Below, piece after piece: positions 39,601 to 50,192 of a stretch of DNA of 63,668 nt; the stretch's first letter is position 1; every line of letters starts with the position of its first letter. The translations under genes and the position numbers were made by a program. Source of the DNA: a virus (Duplodnaviria; Caudoviricetes); IMG/VR virus record IMGVR_UViG_3300010354_000087, positions 1-63,668 of that record. One strand, given 5' to 3'. The notes under the pieces were generated by a model. That model did no database searches. It had not been told where the DNA came from and worked only from the letters and a program-made list of their open reading frames with translations.

Positions 39601-40268
39601 AAATTTTTATAGGCTACGATATCCGAGAAGACATAGCATACCAAGTTTGTGAGTATAGCATTTACAAGCATAATGATAAGGCAGAAGTATTTGCTCTTAA
39701 ACAAAAAGATTTACGAGAAGCTGGAATTTATAATAGGCCAATAGATCCTCTTAGTTCAACCGAATTTACATTCACTAGATTTCTTGTTCCTTATCTTACT
39801 GACTATAAAGGTTGGGCAATTTTCGCAGATTGTGATTTTGTATTTGTCGAAGATATCAAAAAATTATTCGATTTAGCAGATAGCAAATATGCAGTAATGG
39901 TAGTTAAGCATGACTACACTCCAAAAGAAAGTTTAAAAATGGATGGATGTAAACAATTGCCCTATCCAAGGAAAAATTGGAGTTCTTGTATTTTATGGAA
40001 TAACGAGCATCCTAGTAATCGAATATTAACTCCTGATTTAATTAACTCTCAAACAGGTCAATTTTTGCATAGATTTCAGTGGCTACAGGACGAAGAAATT
40101 GGATCATTAACCCCGGAATGGAATTGGTTAGCAGGATGGTATGATGAAAAAAAGGATGGAAAACCTTCTGCTATACACTACACAGAAGGAGGACCTTGGT
40201 TTAAAGAATACAGACGTTGTCCATATCATAAAACCTGGAAAAAATATCTTAGAGAAATGCTAAAATGA
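39597..40268 (+). CDS. Glycosyltransferase (GT-A fold)
   Basis: IFIGYD, STEFTFTRFLVP, FADCDF (DxD), RKNWSS, HYTEGGPWF. Confidence 0.75.
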   Translation: MKIFIGYDIREDIAYQVCEYSIYKHNDKAEVFALKQKDLREAGIYNRPIDPLSSTEFTFTRFLVPYLTDYKGWAIFADCDFVFVEDIKKLFDLADSKYAVMVVKHDYTPKESLKMDGCKQLPYPRKNWSSCILWNNEHPSNRILTPDLINSQTGQFLHRFQWLQDEEIGSLTPEWNWLAGWYDEKKDGKPSAIHYTEGGPWFKEYRRCPYHKTWKKYLREMLK

Positions 40269-41056
40269 ACGAGAATGAATACGATAACCATATTTTAACA
40301 TTGTTCACCCGATCTACTAATGGACAAGTAAGCAAAAACAAAGACGAGGAAAATGTAGCCTTAGCAGTAAGAGGAATTGCAAAGAAAAAAACTATAAAGA
40401 ATTGCGAAAAAAATGGAAGAGACTACTACTATGTTGACACCGGTTATTTAGGTAATTTTCCTTCTTTAGGAAATCCTACAGGAAAAAAAGTTTATCACAG
40501 AATAGTAAAAAATAATCTGCAACATTCCGTTGTAAAAGATAGACCATCTGACAGATGGATGAAGTTAGTTGGACAAGATCCTAGATTAGAATGGAAATCT
40601 TGGAAAAAGAATGGTAAGAAAATTTTACTTGTATTGCCAAATCCGAAAGCATGTAATTTTTATAATTTTGATACACAAACTTGGATAGATGAAACTTCAA
40701 ATCAAATAAAACAGTTTACAGATATGCCTATAGAAATAAGAGTAAAAGGTAGTAGAGCATATAGAAATCATGAGTATTCAATTTATGATGCCTTCGACTC
40801 TGGAGTTCATGCTACAGTTTGTTTTAACAGTATTGCAGCATTAGAAAGTATTCTGTACGGCATACCTGCTTTTGTATCTGTTCCGTGTGCTGCTAGCCCA
40901 TTAGCGAATAGTGATATATCTAAATTAATGGATCCTTTTAAGCCTGACAGAGACTTAATTATCAAACAATGTCAAAATTTAGCTTATGGCCAATTTACCG
41001 TAGAAGAAATTACAAATGGAACAGCTTGGAAAATTTTAAATGAATTTGCTGATTAA
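40265..41056 (+). CDS. Capsule-polysaccharide-biosynthesis-like (KpsC/KpsS-like) glycosyltransferase
   Basis: YYVDTGY, FNSIAALESILYGIP, LAYGQFTVEEI..G.AW. Confidence 0.55.
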   Translation: MNENEYDNHILTLFTRSTNGQVSKNKDEENVALAVRGIAKKKTIKNCEKNGRDYYYVDTGYLGNFPSLGNPTGKKVYHRIVKNNLQHSVVKDRPSDRWMKLVGQDPRLEWKSWKKNGKKILLVLPNPKACNFYNFDTQTWIDETSNQIKQFTDMPIEIRVKGSRAYRNHEYSIYDAFDSGVHATVCFNSIAALESILYGIPAFVSVPCAASPLANSDISKLMDPFKPDRDLIIKQCQNLAYGQFTVEEITNGTAWKILNEFAD

Positions 41057-42146
41057 CGATAAAGAAATAGTTAAATTTCTTGTCGACATATATTCAAAAA
41101 ATGTCAAATTTTATAGCTTTCCTGAATTCAGTTGGCCTCAAACGACATACAATGCTGACAGGTTAAAAATTTCTTATAACAAAAATAAATCTAAGCCTAG
41201 CTTTAATAAAAAAGAAGAAGTGGTTAAAGTTAAGGCTAAGATGCTACGGTTCATCCAGGCAGATTTAAAGTCACAATGCGAACTTGTTAAAGAAATAATA
41301 GATGCTCGTAGACAACATTTTTTTAACCTTTTCCATCGTCATATAGACTATATTTTTAGGAAGTTAGGAGAAGAAAAAATATTTGAGGCTTATAAAAAAC
41401 ATAAATCTAAAAATTTTATAAAAACTGTGGGCTACTATATAAATCCTAATGCACAGTTTGTAAGAAGATCAAAAACAACAGACTATGATTCTGATTGTCT
41501 AATGAGAAATACTGTAAGCAACGAAAGTATGTTATTAGATAAAATTAGTAATAACAAACCTTTTTGGTTTATAGACAGCGGATACACAAATTTTTTAGAA
41601 TCGAATAAAAAATGGCATCGTTTAGTAAGGAATCATATTCATAGTTCTGGAAATTTTCTTCCTCCTGTTGATAGATTAGGAATATTCAAATCATTTCCTA
41701 CTAGATGGAGAAGGTCTGGACATACAATTCTTGTAATAGAGCCTGGAAAATTTAGCGCAAGTATTTTTAAAGTAGATATAAAAAAATGGAAATATAGCGT
41801 AGAAGAAGAACTACGACAATATACTGATAAAAAAATAATTTTTAGAGAAAAGGCTCCTAAAAAAAGTAGAAAGTCATTATATCATGAATTAAAGAACGAA
41901 GATTACTACTGTTTAGTAAACATTAATTCTAATGCAGCCACAGAGGCAATATGGAATGGAATTCCTGTAATAACTTTAGATAGACATATTACTAATTCTG
42001 TTAGTAGACAACATTTAAGAGATATTAATAATTTATTGCGTCCCAATTTAGCACATTGGCTAGCGATGCTTAGTTACAGTCAATTTACGTATGATGAATT
42101 AATGAATGGTCTTGCTGTAAAACTTTTAAAAAAAATAAATGCGTAA
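41040..42146 (+). CDS. KpsC/KpsS-like glycosyltransferase paralogue
   Basis: WFIDSGY, NSNAATEAIWNGIPV, LSYSQFTYDEL.NG. Confidence 0.55.
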   Translation: MNLLINDKEIVKFLVDIYSKNVKFYSFPEFSWPQTTYNADRLKISYNKNKSKPSFNKKEEVVKVKAKMLRFIQADLKSQCELVKEIIDARRQHFFNLFHRHIDYIFRKLGEEKIFEAYKKHKSKNFIKTVGYYINPNAQFVRRSKTTDYDSDCLMRNTVSNESMLLDKISNNKPFWFIDSGYTNFLESNKKWHRLVRNHIHSSGNFLPPVDRLGIFKSFPTRWRRSGHTILVIEPGKFSASIFKVDIKKWKYSVEEELRQYTDKKIIFREKAPKKSRKSLYHELKNEDYYCLVNINSNAATEAIWNGIPVITLDRHITNSVSRQHLRDINNLLRPNLAHWLAMLSYSQFTYDELMNGLAVKLLKKINA

Positions 42147-43068
42147 ATTTACAGTTGCAGCCTACTATGCAGGTATCCCGGCCAATAATACCAACGAAGA
42201 AAAGCCTTTAATTTTAGATAATTTTTGTCTGGGTGTTATGATTAATAGTGACCGAGCTATTAAACACTATCAACCAACGCCAATTCCCGCAGATGTTGCT
42301 TTAATTCAAGGTTTCGTTCACGAGAATAGTAAATTAACTCCTCATCTGCAAGTAAGACGTAGAGTAATAGATTTTCAAAAAGAATACGAAAAAAGAACTT
42401 TAATAGTTGATAGTAATTTATTTTTATATGCAGATCCTGGAAATTCTAAACGCTATCTACGTTATAGCTTTGATGGAATTTTTCCTAAAACGGGATTTTA
42501 CTTTGATTCTAACATAGATCCTTCGCGCTGGAAAAAAATAAGTGAAAATTTAAATATTTCTGTTAAAGATTACAGAGAAAAAGGTAACCATGTCCTTGTT
42601 TGTCTACAAAGAAACGGAGGTTGGAGTATGCAAGGGCTAGATTCCTTAAAATGGCTGAATCAAACCATAGAAATTATTAAAAAATTTACCGATCGTCCTA
42701 TTTTAGTAAGACCGCACCCAGGAGACAAGCAAACTAAGCAAACTCTTCGCCTGAATCTGCCAAATGTAAGTATAAGTAAACAAAATAACATTAAAGACGA
42801 TTTAATAGATGCTTGGGCTACAGTTGTCTATAACAGTAGTCCTAGTATTGCAAGTCTTATCGAAGGAATACCTGTTTTTATAACAGATTCTAATCCAGAA
42901 AACAGTCAAAGCTTTGATGTGGCTAATTTAAACTTATCAAATTTAGAAAAACCTGAATTAAAAGATAGAACTAAATGGTTAGAAAAGTTGTCTATGTGCC
43001 ATTGGAGTTTTGAGGAGCTTAAATCAGGAGAAGCTTGGAGATTTATGAAAGATTATGTAGACCAATAG
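42139..43068 (+). CDS. KpsC/KpsS-like glycosyltransferase paralogue
   Basis: VRPHP, YNSSPSIASLIEGIPV, HWSFEELKSGEAW. Confidence 0.55.
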   Translation: MRKFTVAAYYAGIPANNTNEEKPLILDNFCLGVMINSDRAIKHYQPTPIPADVALIQGFVHENSKLTPHLQVRRRVIDFQKEYEKRTLIVDSNLFLYADPGNSKRYLRYSFDGIFPKTGFYFDSNIDPSRWKKISENLNISVKDYREKGNHVLVCLQRNGGWSMQGLDSLKWLNQTIEIIKKFTDRPILVRPHPGDKQTKQTLRLNLPNVSISKQNNIKDDLIDAWATVVYNSSPSIASLIEGIPVFITDSNPENSQSFDVANLNLSNLEKPELKDRTKWLEKLSMCHWSFEELKSGEAWRFMKDYVDQ

Positions 43069-43889
43069 CTTTCAGTTCGTTGAATTTTAAGATCTATAGG
43101 CCTACTTTTTCCTAATTCTTTCCTATCTCCTTTTAAATGATCCAAAAATGCGCCCCATTCGCTATTAATCAAAGGATGTCCTTCTCCTTTACTGTTATAT
43201 TGTGTAGGTCTTAGATCAGGTAAATTTTCCCCCCAGCTTAGTAAATTTAAATTAAACTTTTTTCTCACTTGTTCGAACACATAACTATCATGCCATTCGT
43301 CTAACCTAAAAATTCCATTTTCGGCATCATCATATGCTCTTTGAAATTCAGATAAAAAATCTAAAACTGTTTTTGACCTTAAATTTAAAGAATATAACCC
43401 ACACTCTGGATATTTTCCGTCTCTTCCTAGATAACAAATATCTTTACTGCCCGGAATTAGACGCTCTATGTCATTTAATGTAATAGGACTATGACAGATT
43501 ATGTCAGCATCCATCCAAATTAAAATATCTGAATTTGTATTACGAGCACAATGAAAAATACTATAGACTTTATGACTAAATCTTATAGCATCCCACTTGA
43601 ATTTTTTATTAGAGTCTTTTCTACGACTACGAATAGGGTCTTTGCTAATGTCACCATTGGCTTTTGCCACATCTTTCCACCGATTCTTAAATGCAACTAA
43701 TTCAGATGATGTTAAATGAAGATCAAAAACTTGAAGATTAGAGGAACTCTCGTTAATTTTGCAATCTTCAGAGTAAACATTAAGCATAATTTCTTTAGGC
43801 CAATTTTTTATGAAGGTCTGCAAAAATTTTTGAGCATATTGATCGTATCCTTTGGCATGAAAAGTAGTAACTACGCTATAATTTGGCAT
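43053..43889 (-). CDS. Nucleotide-diphospho-sugar transferase (GT-A fold)
   Basis: RFSHKVY, IWMDAD (DxD), EWHDSYVF, DHLKG. Confidence 0.65.
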   Translation of the reverse strand: MPNYSVVTTFHAKGYDQYAQKFLQTFIKNWPKEIMLNVYSEDCKINESSSNLQVFDLHLTSSELVAFKNRWKDVAKANGDISKDPIRSRRKDSNKKFKWDAIRFSHKVYSIFHCARNTNSDILIWMDADIICHSPITLNDIERLIPGSKDICYLGRDGKYPECGLYSLNLRSKTVLDFLSEFQRAYDDAENGIFRLDEWHDSYVFEQVRKKFNLNLLSWGENLPDLRPTQYNSKGEGHPLINSEWGAFLDHLKGDRKELGKSRPIDLKIQRTESYWST

Positions 43890-43925
43890 TTTAAACTCAG
43901 TAAATAATATATTAGTATATATCTT

Positions 43926-44780
43926 ATGAAATTTTCACTTTTTAGACAAAATGGAGCCTTGAATAGCGGACCAATTTTTGATGCTTTTACACAAGGAGCA
44001 AAAAAGAATGGTTTTCAGATAGTAGATAATGATTTATCTGCTGATATCTATGTTATATGGTCAGTTTTGTGGCAAGGAAGAATGGCTAATAATAAAAAAA
44101 TATGGGAAATCGCTAAAAAGCAGAACAAAAGGGTCTTGATCATAGAAGTAGGAGGTTTAAAAAGAGGTATAACTTGGAAACTTGGTCTTAATCATGTAAA
44201 CGGCTTAGGAAAATTTAATAACGAAGATTCTTATGATATAGACAGACCTAAAAAATTAGGAATTTTCCTCAAAAATAGAGAAAAAAAGGGAGAAAATATC
44301 TTAATCTGTGGTCAAAACACCAAAAGCCTCCAATGGGAGCATCGTGAACCTGTCGGAGCTTGGCTTAATAATCTAGTTAATGAGATAAAAATGGTGTCGA
44401 ATCGAAAAATTGTATTTCGTCCACATCCTAGAGACCACAGTTTTGTTAATTCTTTGCCTAATTTAGGCATAGAGATTCGATATCCAAGAAAAATTATAGG
44501 AACCTACGACGATTTTGATTTGTATGAAGATTTTAACTCGTCGTGGTGCGTGATCAGTCCTTGCAGTAACCCTGGAATCCATGCGGCTATTGAAGGAATT
44601 CCAGTTTTTACCGACAAAGACAGTTTAGCATACCCTGTTAGCTTGAAAGATTTAAAAAATATAGAAAATCCTATAGATATTGATAAAGGTAAATGGTTAG
44701 TAGAAGTCTGTCACACAGAATGGACCAAAGAAGAAATACAGTCTGGTATACCTTTAACCAGAATCTTTCAACTTTCTTGA
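43926..44780 (+). CDS. KpsC/KpsS-like glycosyltransferase paralogue
   Basis: IEVGGL.R, FRPHP, SNPGIHAAIEGIPV, EWTKEEIQSG.P. Confidence 0.55.
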   Translation: MKFSLFRQNGALNSGPIFDAFTQGAKKNGFQIVDNDLSADIYVIWSVLWQGRMANNKKIWEIAKKQNKRVLIIEVGGLKRGITWKLGLNHVNGLGKFNNEDSYDIDRPKKLGIFLKNREKKGENILICGQNTKSLQWEHREPVGAWLNNLVNEIKMVSNRKIVFRPHPRDHSFVNSLPNLGIEIRYPRKIIGTYDDFDLYEDFNSSWCVISPCSNPGIHAAIEGIPVFTDKDSLAYPVSLKDLKNIENPIDIDKGKWLVEVCHTEWTKEEIQSGIPLTRIFQLS

Positions 44781-44804
44781 CTTTTGTTGTTTTTCTGCTA
44801 TAAT
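44777..44804 (+). promoter_or_regulatory. Sigma70-like promoter TTGACT-N16-TATAAT with extended -10 (TG)
   Basis: TGcTATAAT ends 6 nt before ATG 44811. Confidence 0.7.
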
Positions 44805-44810
44805 ATTAAA

Positions 44811-45965
44811 ATGAAAACAGTAGATAAATTTCTATTAGAATTGCAAAATAAGAATTATTTAGATCAAATTAATCTTCGTGATAGAAGAATACTTGTTAGT
44901 CTTGGTAACCAGCTTAAAAGTGGCAATTTTTTGACAGAAAATCAAGCAAAATTATTAATTAAGATATTAAATGAAAATAAAACAATCTTGAGTAGTATAG
45001 ATAATACTATAGAGGAAATTTTGACACTATCGTTGTGGTCTAAACCATTTCGTCTTATAGAAAAAGTAAGGAAAATCAGCTTAGGAACTAAAGATCCTAG
45101 TTTTTTTCACATAGAGTTTACTTTTAATAAGGCAATTAAGTCAGCTATTACTAATCTGTTATCTAGTCAAAAAATTGAAAGAGTTCAATATACAGGAAAA
45201 ATTATATCTATCCCATTAACTGAGCTAAATCTTTATCATGTATTAACAACACTTAAAAAATACAATTTTCAAATAGATCAAACCTTAATTAATTTTTATA
45301 ATGACATCGATCAAATTATAAAAAATCCCGAAATTTATAAATTAAATTATAAAGAAAATAAATCTTTAGTTGCCGCTATTGAAAAAGATTTAACCTCAAA
45401 TTTTATTGATGATCAGATACTAATTACAGATAGAAGAATTAGATACCAGTTCGATGTTGATTATAATCTCGATTCTTCCTTAACCTCTTTAATTGCAGCA
45501 CGGAAAAAAAATAAAATTTGGATTGAAAATCAAAAGCAAGAACTATCCAATATTTGTTTATCTTTATTAGACCTACATCGATTTCCTGTTTTATTTGTTT
45601 TAGATAAACATAATCCTGAACAAACGTTTTTAAATCTACAGCTAATATATCAGGTTATGAAAAATTTAAATAAAACACTAAATGTTTATTTCAGACTTAG
45701 TAGTAATACCGGTAAGAATTTTAACAATTTTATCTCGGATTATAAATTAAATGGATTTCTAAATAAACATACAGATTCAATAATTTTAGACAATGGCCAC
45801 CTACCAAAGTTTTTGTTTCGGACTGATTGGAAGCCTGCTAGTGTTATAAGCTTTACAAATAATTTAAGAAATAATAAATTAAGTGCCTATAGTAATTTTG
45901 TCGACTTAATAGTATACTATACTTCTACTCAACCTATAATAAGTGATACAGATGCCATCATGTAA
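44811..45965 (+). CDS. Hypothetical protein upstream of uvsW
   Basis: Long ORF; ATG 44811 preferred over TTG 44784 because the promoter lies between them. Confidence 0.6.
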   Translation: MKTVDKFLLELQNKNYLDQINLRDRRILVSLGNQLKSGNFLTENQAKLLIKILNENKTILSSIDNTIEEILTLSLWSKPFRLIEKVRKISLGTKDPSFFHIEFTFNKAIKSAITNLLSSQKIERVQYTGKIISIPLTELNLYHVLTTLKKYNFQIDQTLINFYNDIDQIIKNPEIYKLNYKENKSLVAAIEKDLTSNFIDDQILITDRRIRYQFDVDYNLDSSLTSLIAARKKNKIWIENQKQELSNICLSLLDLHRFPVLFVLDKHNPEQTFLNLQLIYQVMKNLNKTLNVYFRLSSNTGKNFNNFISDYKLNGFLNKHTDSIILDNGHLPKFLFRTDWKPASVISFTNNLRNNKLSAYSNFVDLIVYYTSTQPIISDTDAIM

Positions 45966-47412
45966 ATTAATTATAAAAGATGAAGTAAATCTAAAACTAG
46001 AAGGTCTTACCGTAGAAATTAGAAGAAAACTAAGTAATACTTTTAAATATGTAGATCCAACTGCTAGATATAGGCCTGCCTATAAATTAGGAAGATGGGA
46101 TGGATCAGTTACATTATTTGGTCTTGGTGGAAATGGTTATATCCATCAGCTTCCAAAAATATTAGAAGTTTTAGAACAAAATAATATTTCAATAGACGAG
46201 ATAGAAGATAAAAGAAAATCTTTAAACTTAAGTTTTACTCCAATCGGAGAAGATTTTTGGGGTGATAAATGTTGGCCAAAAGGACATAGGTTTGAAGGAC
46301 AACCTATTAGACTACGAACTGATCAGGTTCAAGTCGTTAATAAGTTTTTAGAAAATCCCCAATGCCTACAAGAGATTGCAACTGGTTTTGGTAAAACAAT
46401 TACTACAGCTACTCTGAGCAAATTATGTGAAAATTATGGAAGAACTATAACTATAGTTCCTAATAAAAGCCTTGTTGAACAAACGGAAGAAGATTTCATT
46501 AACTGCAATCTAGATGTTGGTGTTTACTACGGTGACCGTAAAGAGTTAAACAAAACACATACAATATGCACATGGCAAAGTTTAAATATTTTAGATAAAA
46601 AAAGTAAAGAACACGAAGCTGAAATAATAACATTAGCAGAATTTTTAGAGAATGTAGTGGCAGTTATTGTAGACGAAGTTCACATGGCTAAAGCTAATGT
46701 ATTAAAAAATTTACTGACACAAAACTTCTGTAATGCTGCTATTAGATGGGGATTAACCGGAACAATACCTAAAGAAGACTACGAGAATCAAGCTATTTTT
46801 GCTACTATTGGTCCTCTTATAAATCAAGTATCAGCTCATTCATTACAAGAATCAGGAGTATTATCTAATTGTCATGTAAATATTGTTCAACTATTTGATC
46901 TTCCAGAATTTAAAAGTTACGCAGAAGAACTTAAGTATCTAGTAACCAACGAAGGAAGAATGACATACATAAGCAATCTTATAAAAACAATAAGCAACTC
47001 CGGAAATACACTAGTATTAGTTAATAGGATTGATACTGGTAAATTTATCATAGGAAATATTAAAGACAGTGTGTTTATATCCGGTGAGGTTAAAACAAAA
47101 GATCGCAAAGAAGAATATGATGAAGTGGCAGTTACTGATAACAAGGTTATTGTGGCGACTTATGGTGTGGCCGCTGTGGGTATTAATATCCCTAGGATTT
47201 TTAATCTGGTTCTTTTGGAGCCCGGAAAAAGCTTTGTCCGCGTTATACAAAGCATTGGGCGAGGTATTAGACGAGCTGAAGATAAGGACTTCGTCCAAAT
47301 CTGGGATATCACATCAACATGTAAATTTGCCAAAAAACATCTTACACAACGAAAAAAATTTTACAAGGAAGCAAAGTATCCTTTTACGCAAGAAAAAAGT
47401 GACTGGAAATAA
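45952..47412 (+). CDS. uvsW: SF2 DNA helicase UvsW-like
   Basis: WDG, IATGFGKT, DEVH, GLTGT, QSIGRGIR. Confidence 0.88.
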   Translation: MPSCKLIIKDEVNLKLEGLTVEIRRKLSNTFKYVDPTARYRPAYKLGRWDGSVTLFGLGGNGYIHQLPKILEVLEQNNISIDEIEDKRKSLNLSFTPIGEDFWGDKCWPKGHRFEGQPIRLRTDQVQVVNKFLENPQCLQEIATGFGKTITTATLSKLCENYGRTITIVPNKSLVEQTEEDFINCNLDVGVYYGDRKELNKTHTICTWQSLNILDKKSKEHEAEIITLAEFLENVVAVIVDEVHMAKANVLKNLLTQNFCNAAIRWGLTGTIPKEDYENQAIFATIGPLINQVSAHSLQESGVLSNCHVNIVQLFDLPEFKSYAEELKYLVTNEGRMTYISNLIKTISNSGNTLVLVNRIDTGKFIIGNIKDSVFISGEVKTKDRKEEYDEVAVTDNKVIVATYGVAAVGINIPRIFNLVLLEPGKSFVRVIQSIGRGIRRAEDKDFVQIWDITSTCKFAKKHLTQRKKFYKEAKYPFTQEKSDWK

Positions 47413-47414
47413 TT

Positions 47415-47921
47415 ATGCAGATTTTGACTTTAGACAATAATTCTTTTGATTTAAATAATCTTCCCGACGAAATTGAAGAAGATCTACGTTTTGCAGTATT
47501 AGATAACAGCGATTCACTAAATCCTGATTTCTTTTTTATACCTTTAATTTTCTTAGAAAGCTTTAATAGTCCCGCTATGGTATTAAAGATTGACAATTAT
47601 GAAATAACTATGCCTCTCGACTGGAGTATAGCTGTAGGAGATAGCACCAGTGCCTGCGACATTGAAATTTTACCTTTAACTAGCTTAAATGATAGAGGAT
47701 TTGAAGCATTTTGTTTTAACCCTTTAACAGGGTTTAAGGTTGAATTTAAAAAAATTGAAATTGTGAATTTCTATAATGATGTTAAATGGTATTTTCCTAA
47801 AATGAGAAATAATCAGCTATTAGCTGTGCCATTAAGTTCAGATCCACAGCCAATTTGTGCCTACTTTATTAAAGAGATAAGTAGACAAAGCGAGTTGATT
47901 GATTTAAGCAAAATACTGTAA
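47415..47921 (+). CDS. Hypothetical beta-rich protein
   Basis: 168-aa ORF in the operon. Confidence 0.6.
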   Translation: MQILTLDNNSFDLNNLPDEIEEDLRFAVLDNSDSLNPDFFFIPLIFLESFNSPAMVLKIDNYEITMPLDWSIAVGDSTSACDIEILPLTSLNDRGFEAFCFNPLTGFKVEFKKIEIVNFYNDVKWYFPKMRNNQLLAVPLSSDPQPICAYFIKEISRQSELIDLSKIL

Positions 47922-47931
47922 AGGATTAAGC

Positions 47932-48285
47932 ATGATAGCTGGAAAAGTATGGGGTAAAACAGAATTAATCGAAGCTAATGGAGTTTTAGAATTTCATCGA
48001 ATTGAAATTAAAAAAGGTGGTATTTGCAGTAAGCATAAGCATAAGACTAAATGGAATGGTTTTTTCGTAGAAACTGGAAGTTTGTTGATAAGAGTGTGGA
48101 AGAACAATTATAACCTAGTAGACGAAACAATTTTAAATGATGGAGATTATACCAAAGTTTCTCCTGGAGAATATCATCAATTTGAAGCTTTAGCTGACAC
48201 CGTTGCTTTTGAGCTGTATTGGGCTCAATTCGATCATGACGATATAGAAAGAGAAACAGTAGGATACTCTAAAAATGCCAGTTAG
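47932..48285 (+). CDS. Cupin protein (sugar isomerase-like)
   Basis: GKVWG, CSKHKH..KWNGF, PGEYHQF. Confidence 0.7.
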   Translation: MIAGKVWGKTELIEANGVLEFHRIEIKKGGICSKHKHKTKWNGFFVETGSLLIRVWKNNYNLVDETILNDGDYTKVSPGEYHQFEALADTVAFELYWAQFDHDDIERETVGYSKNAS

Positions 48286-48823
48286 TAGTTCTTTAGGAAA
48301 AAAAGAAATTTTAGAATGGATAGAAAATGAAAAACAAAATATTCATCGAATATTAGATATTGGAGTTGGTGCAGGAACTTATTCAACTTTATTGACAAAA
48401 TCTAATCTACGCTCTAATTTTGAATTAATAGGTATAGAAGTTTGGGAACCATATATAACTCAATTTAACCTAAATTCTTTATATGATAAGATTTATAATC
48501 AAGATGCTAGAATTATTGATTGGGATATATTAGGTAAGTTTGATGTTATCTTTGCCGGAGATGTCCTCGAACATATGACAAAATTAGAGGCTGAGAATTT
48601 AGTCACAAAAACACTAGAACACGCAACCACGACTATAATTAGTATTCCTATAACATATATGCCTCAAGATGAACATGAAGGAAATCCTTACGAAAAACAT
48701 ATTAAACCTGACTGGTCTCATGAAGAAGTTATGAATACATGGCCGTTAAATATTAAAAAATTTTTTATAGGTAAAAAATCTAACGGAGCACCAAGAATAG
48801 GTGTATATTGGCTAGAAAAATGA
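48275..48823 (+). CDS. SAM-dependent methyltransferase
   Basis: ILDIGVGAG motif I; FDVIFAGDVLEHM. Confidence 0.85.
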   Translation: MPVSSSLGKKEILEWIENEKQNIHRILDIGVGAGTYSTLLTKSNLRSNFELIGIEVWEPYITQFNLNSLYDKIYNQDARIIDWDILGKFDVIFAGDVLEHMTKLEAENLVTKTLEHATTTIISIPITYMPQDEHEGNPYEKHIKPDWSHEEVMNTWPLNIKKFFIGKKSNGAPRIGVYWLEK

Positions 48824-49509
48824 ATGTAACTCTTGTTATAACAACATGTAATCGAACTGATCTATTAGAACGAACTATTTTTTCATTTTGTAAATTTAAT
48901 ACATATCCTATTAAAAAAATTATTATAATTGAAGATAGCGGTATTAGTCAAAACTTTAGTAAGGTTGAATCTATTGTAAAAACTGATATAATTATTATTA
49001 AAAATCCTACTAATTTAGGACAAATTGCAAGCATAGACAAAGCTTATAGTCTAGTAGAAACTGATTATATTTTCCATTGCGAAGAAGATTGGGAATTTTA
49101 TAACACAGGATTTATCGAAAAAAGTTTTGAAATATTATTAGCCGATGAGAAAATTTTTACTGTTTGGTTAAGAGCACATACTGATACAAAGAATCATACA
49201 ATACTTAAAGATCAAAAATATTTTATAAATGATGATTTTTATTATAAAATGGATCCTGAGCATAAAAAAGTTTGGTGTGGGTTTACTTTAAACCCCGGGC
49301 TTCGAAGAACAGTGGACTGCATGAAATTACATCCATACAATGAGTTACCGGTAAAAGTAATAAAGAATGGGTTAGAATTAATGGGAGAAGTTGATTTGTC
49401 ACTTTATTATAAAGATCTAGGATATTATGGAGCTATTACTAGTAGAGAAGAAGGATTTGTTAGACATCTAGGAGGTAAGAGGCACGTTCCTCTACCATGG
49501 CAAAAATGA
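48820..49509 (+). CDS. Glycosyltransferase family 2-like
   Basis: VITTCNR, IIEDSG, YIFHCEEDW, HLG. Confidence 0.75.
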   Translation: MNVTLVITTCNRTDLLERTIFSFCKFNTYPIKKIIIIEDSGISQNFSKVESIVKTDIIIIKNPTNLGQIASIDKAYSLVETDYIFHCEEDWEFYNTGFIEKSFEILLADEKIFTVWLRAHTDTKNHTILKDQKYFINDDFYYKMDPEHKKVWCGFTLNPGLRRTVDCMKLHPYNELPVKVIKNGLELMGEVDLSLYYKDLGYYGAITSREEGFVRHLGGKRHVPLPWQK

Positions 49510-50192
49510 AAGCATATGTAATTTGCTTGAAAGGTATAGAAACTAGTGAAAAGTTAGCAGAAGATTGTATAACATCTGCACACTTAAATGGCTTAGAAGT
49601 GTCAAAGTTTAACGGAATCTACGGAGATAAAGTAAATCCATATATTAATGAAGTGTTGAAGATTAAACAAGGCCCTTCAAAGATGAAAAAAAGGAGACTA
49701 GGAGTTTTAGGGTGTTTAGCAAGCCATTTTACTCTTTGGCAAAAATCTATGGATGAGAATGAAACATTATGTATTTTTGAGCATGACGGAATATTGTTAA
49801 GGAAACTTCCAGAAGATATAGAATTAAAATTTGATGAATTCCTTCTTTTAGATCCTTACAATAAATTTAATCAAAGCTACGCAGAACAACATTCAAATTT
49901 AGCAGAAGACATTATTAATATAGTTGAATACGAAAGTCCAGAGTCGAGAAAAAAGTATAATGTTAAAAGCCAATATGCAATGGGATTACAGGCCTACATA
50001 ATCAAACCAAAAGCTGCAAAAAAATTAATAAAACATATAAGATTATTTGGATTTGTTCCTGCGGATATGCAGTGCAACAAAGACATTGTTAACCTTCAAA
50101 CGGTTTCTACTCCTTTAGCATCAATTAACAAAATTTTTTACAATAATAAAGGAAAAATGCAAGAATTAAGCACAACGCAAAAGGTATGGTAA
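49506..50192 (+). CDS. Glycosyltransferase family 25-like
   Basis: YVICL, GCLASHF.LW, IFEHD, AYIIKPKAAKKL. Confidence 0.75.
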   Translation: MKAYVICLKGIETSEKLAEDCITSAHLNGLEVSKFNGIYGDKVNPYINEVLKIKQGPSKMKKRRLGVLGCLASHFTLWQKSMDENETLCIFEHDGILLRKLPEDIELKFDEFLLLDPYNKFNQSYAEQHSNLAEDIINIVEYESPESRKKYNVKSQYAMGLQAYIIKPKAAKKLIKHIRLFGFVPADMQCNKDIVNLQTVSTPLASINKIFYNNKGKMQELSTTQKVW

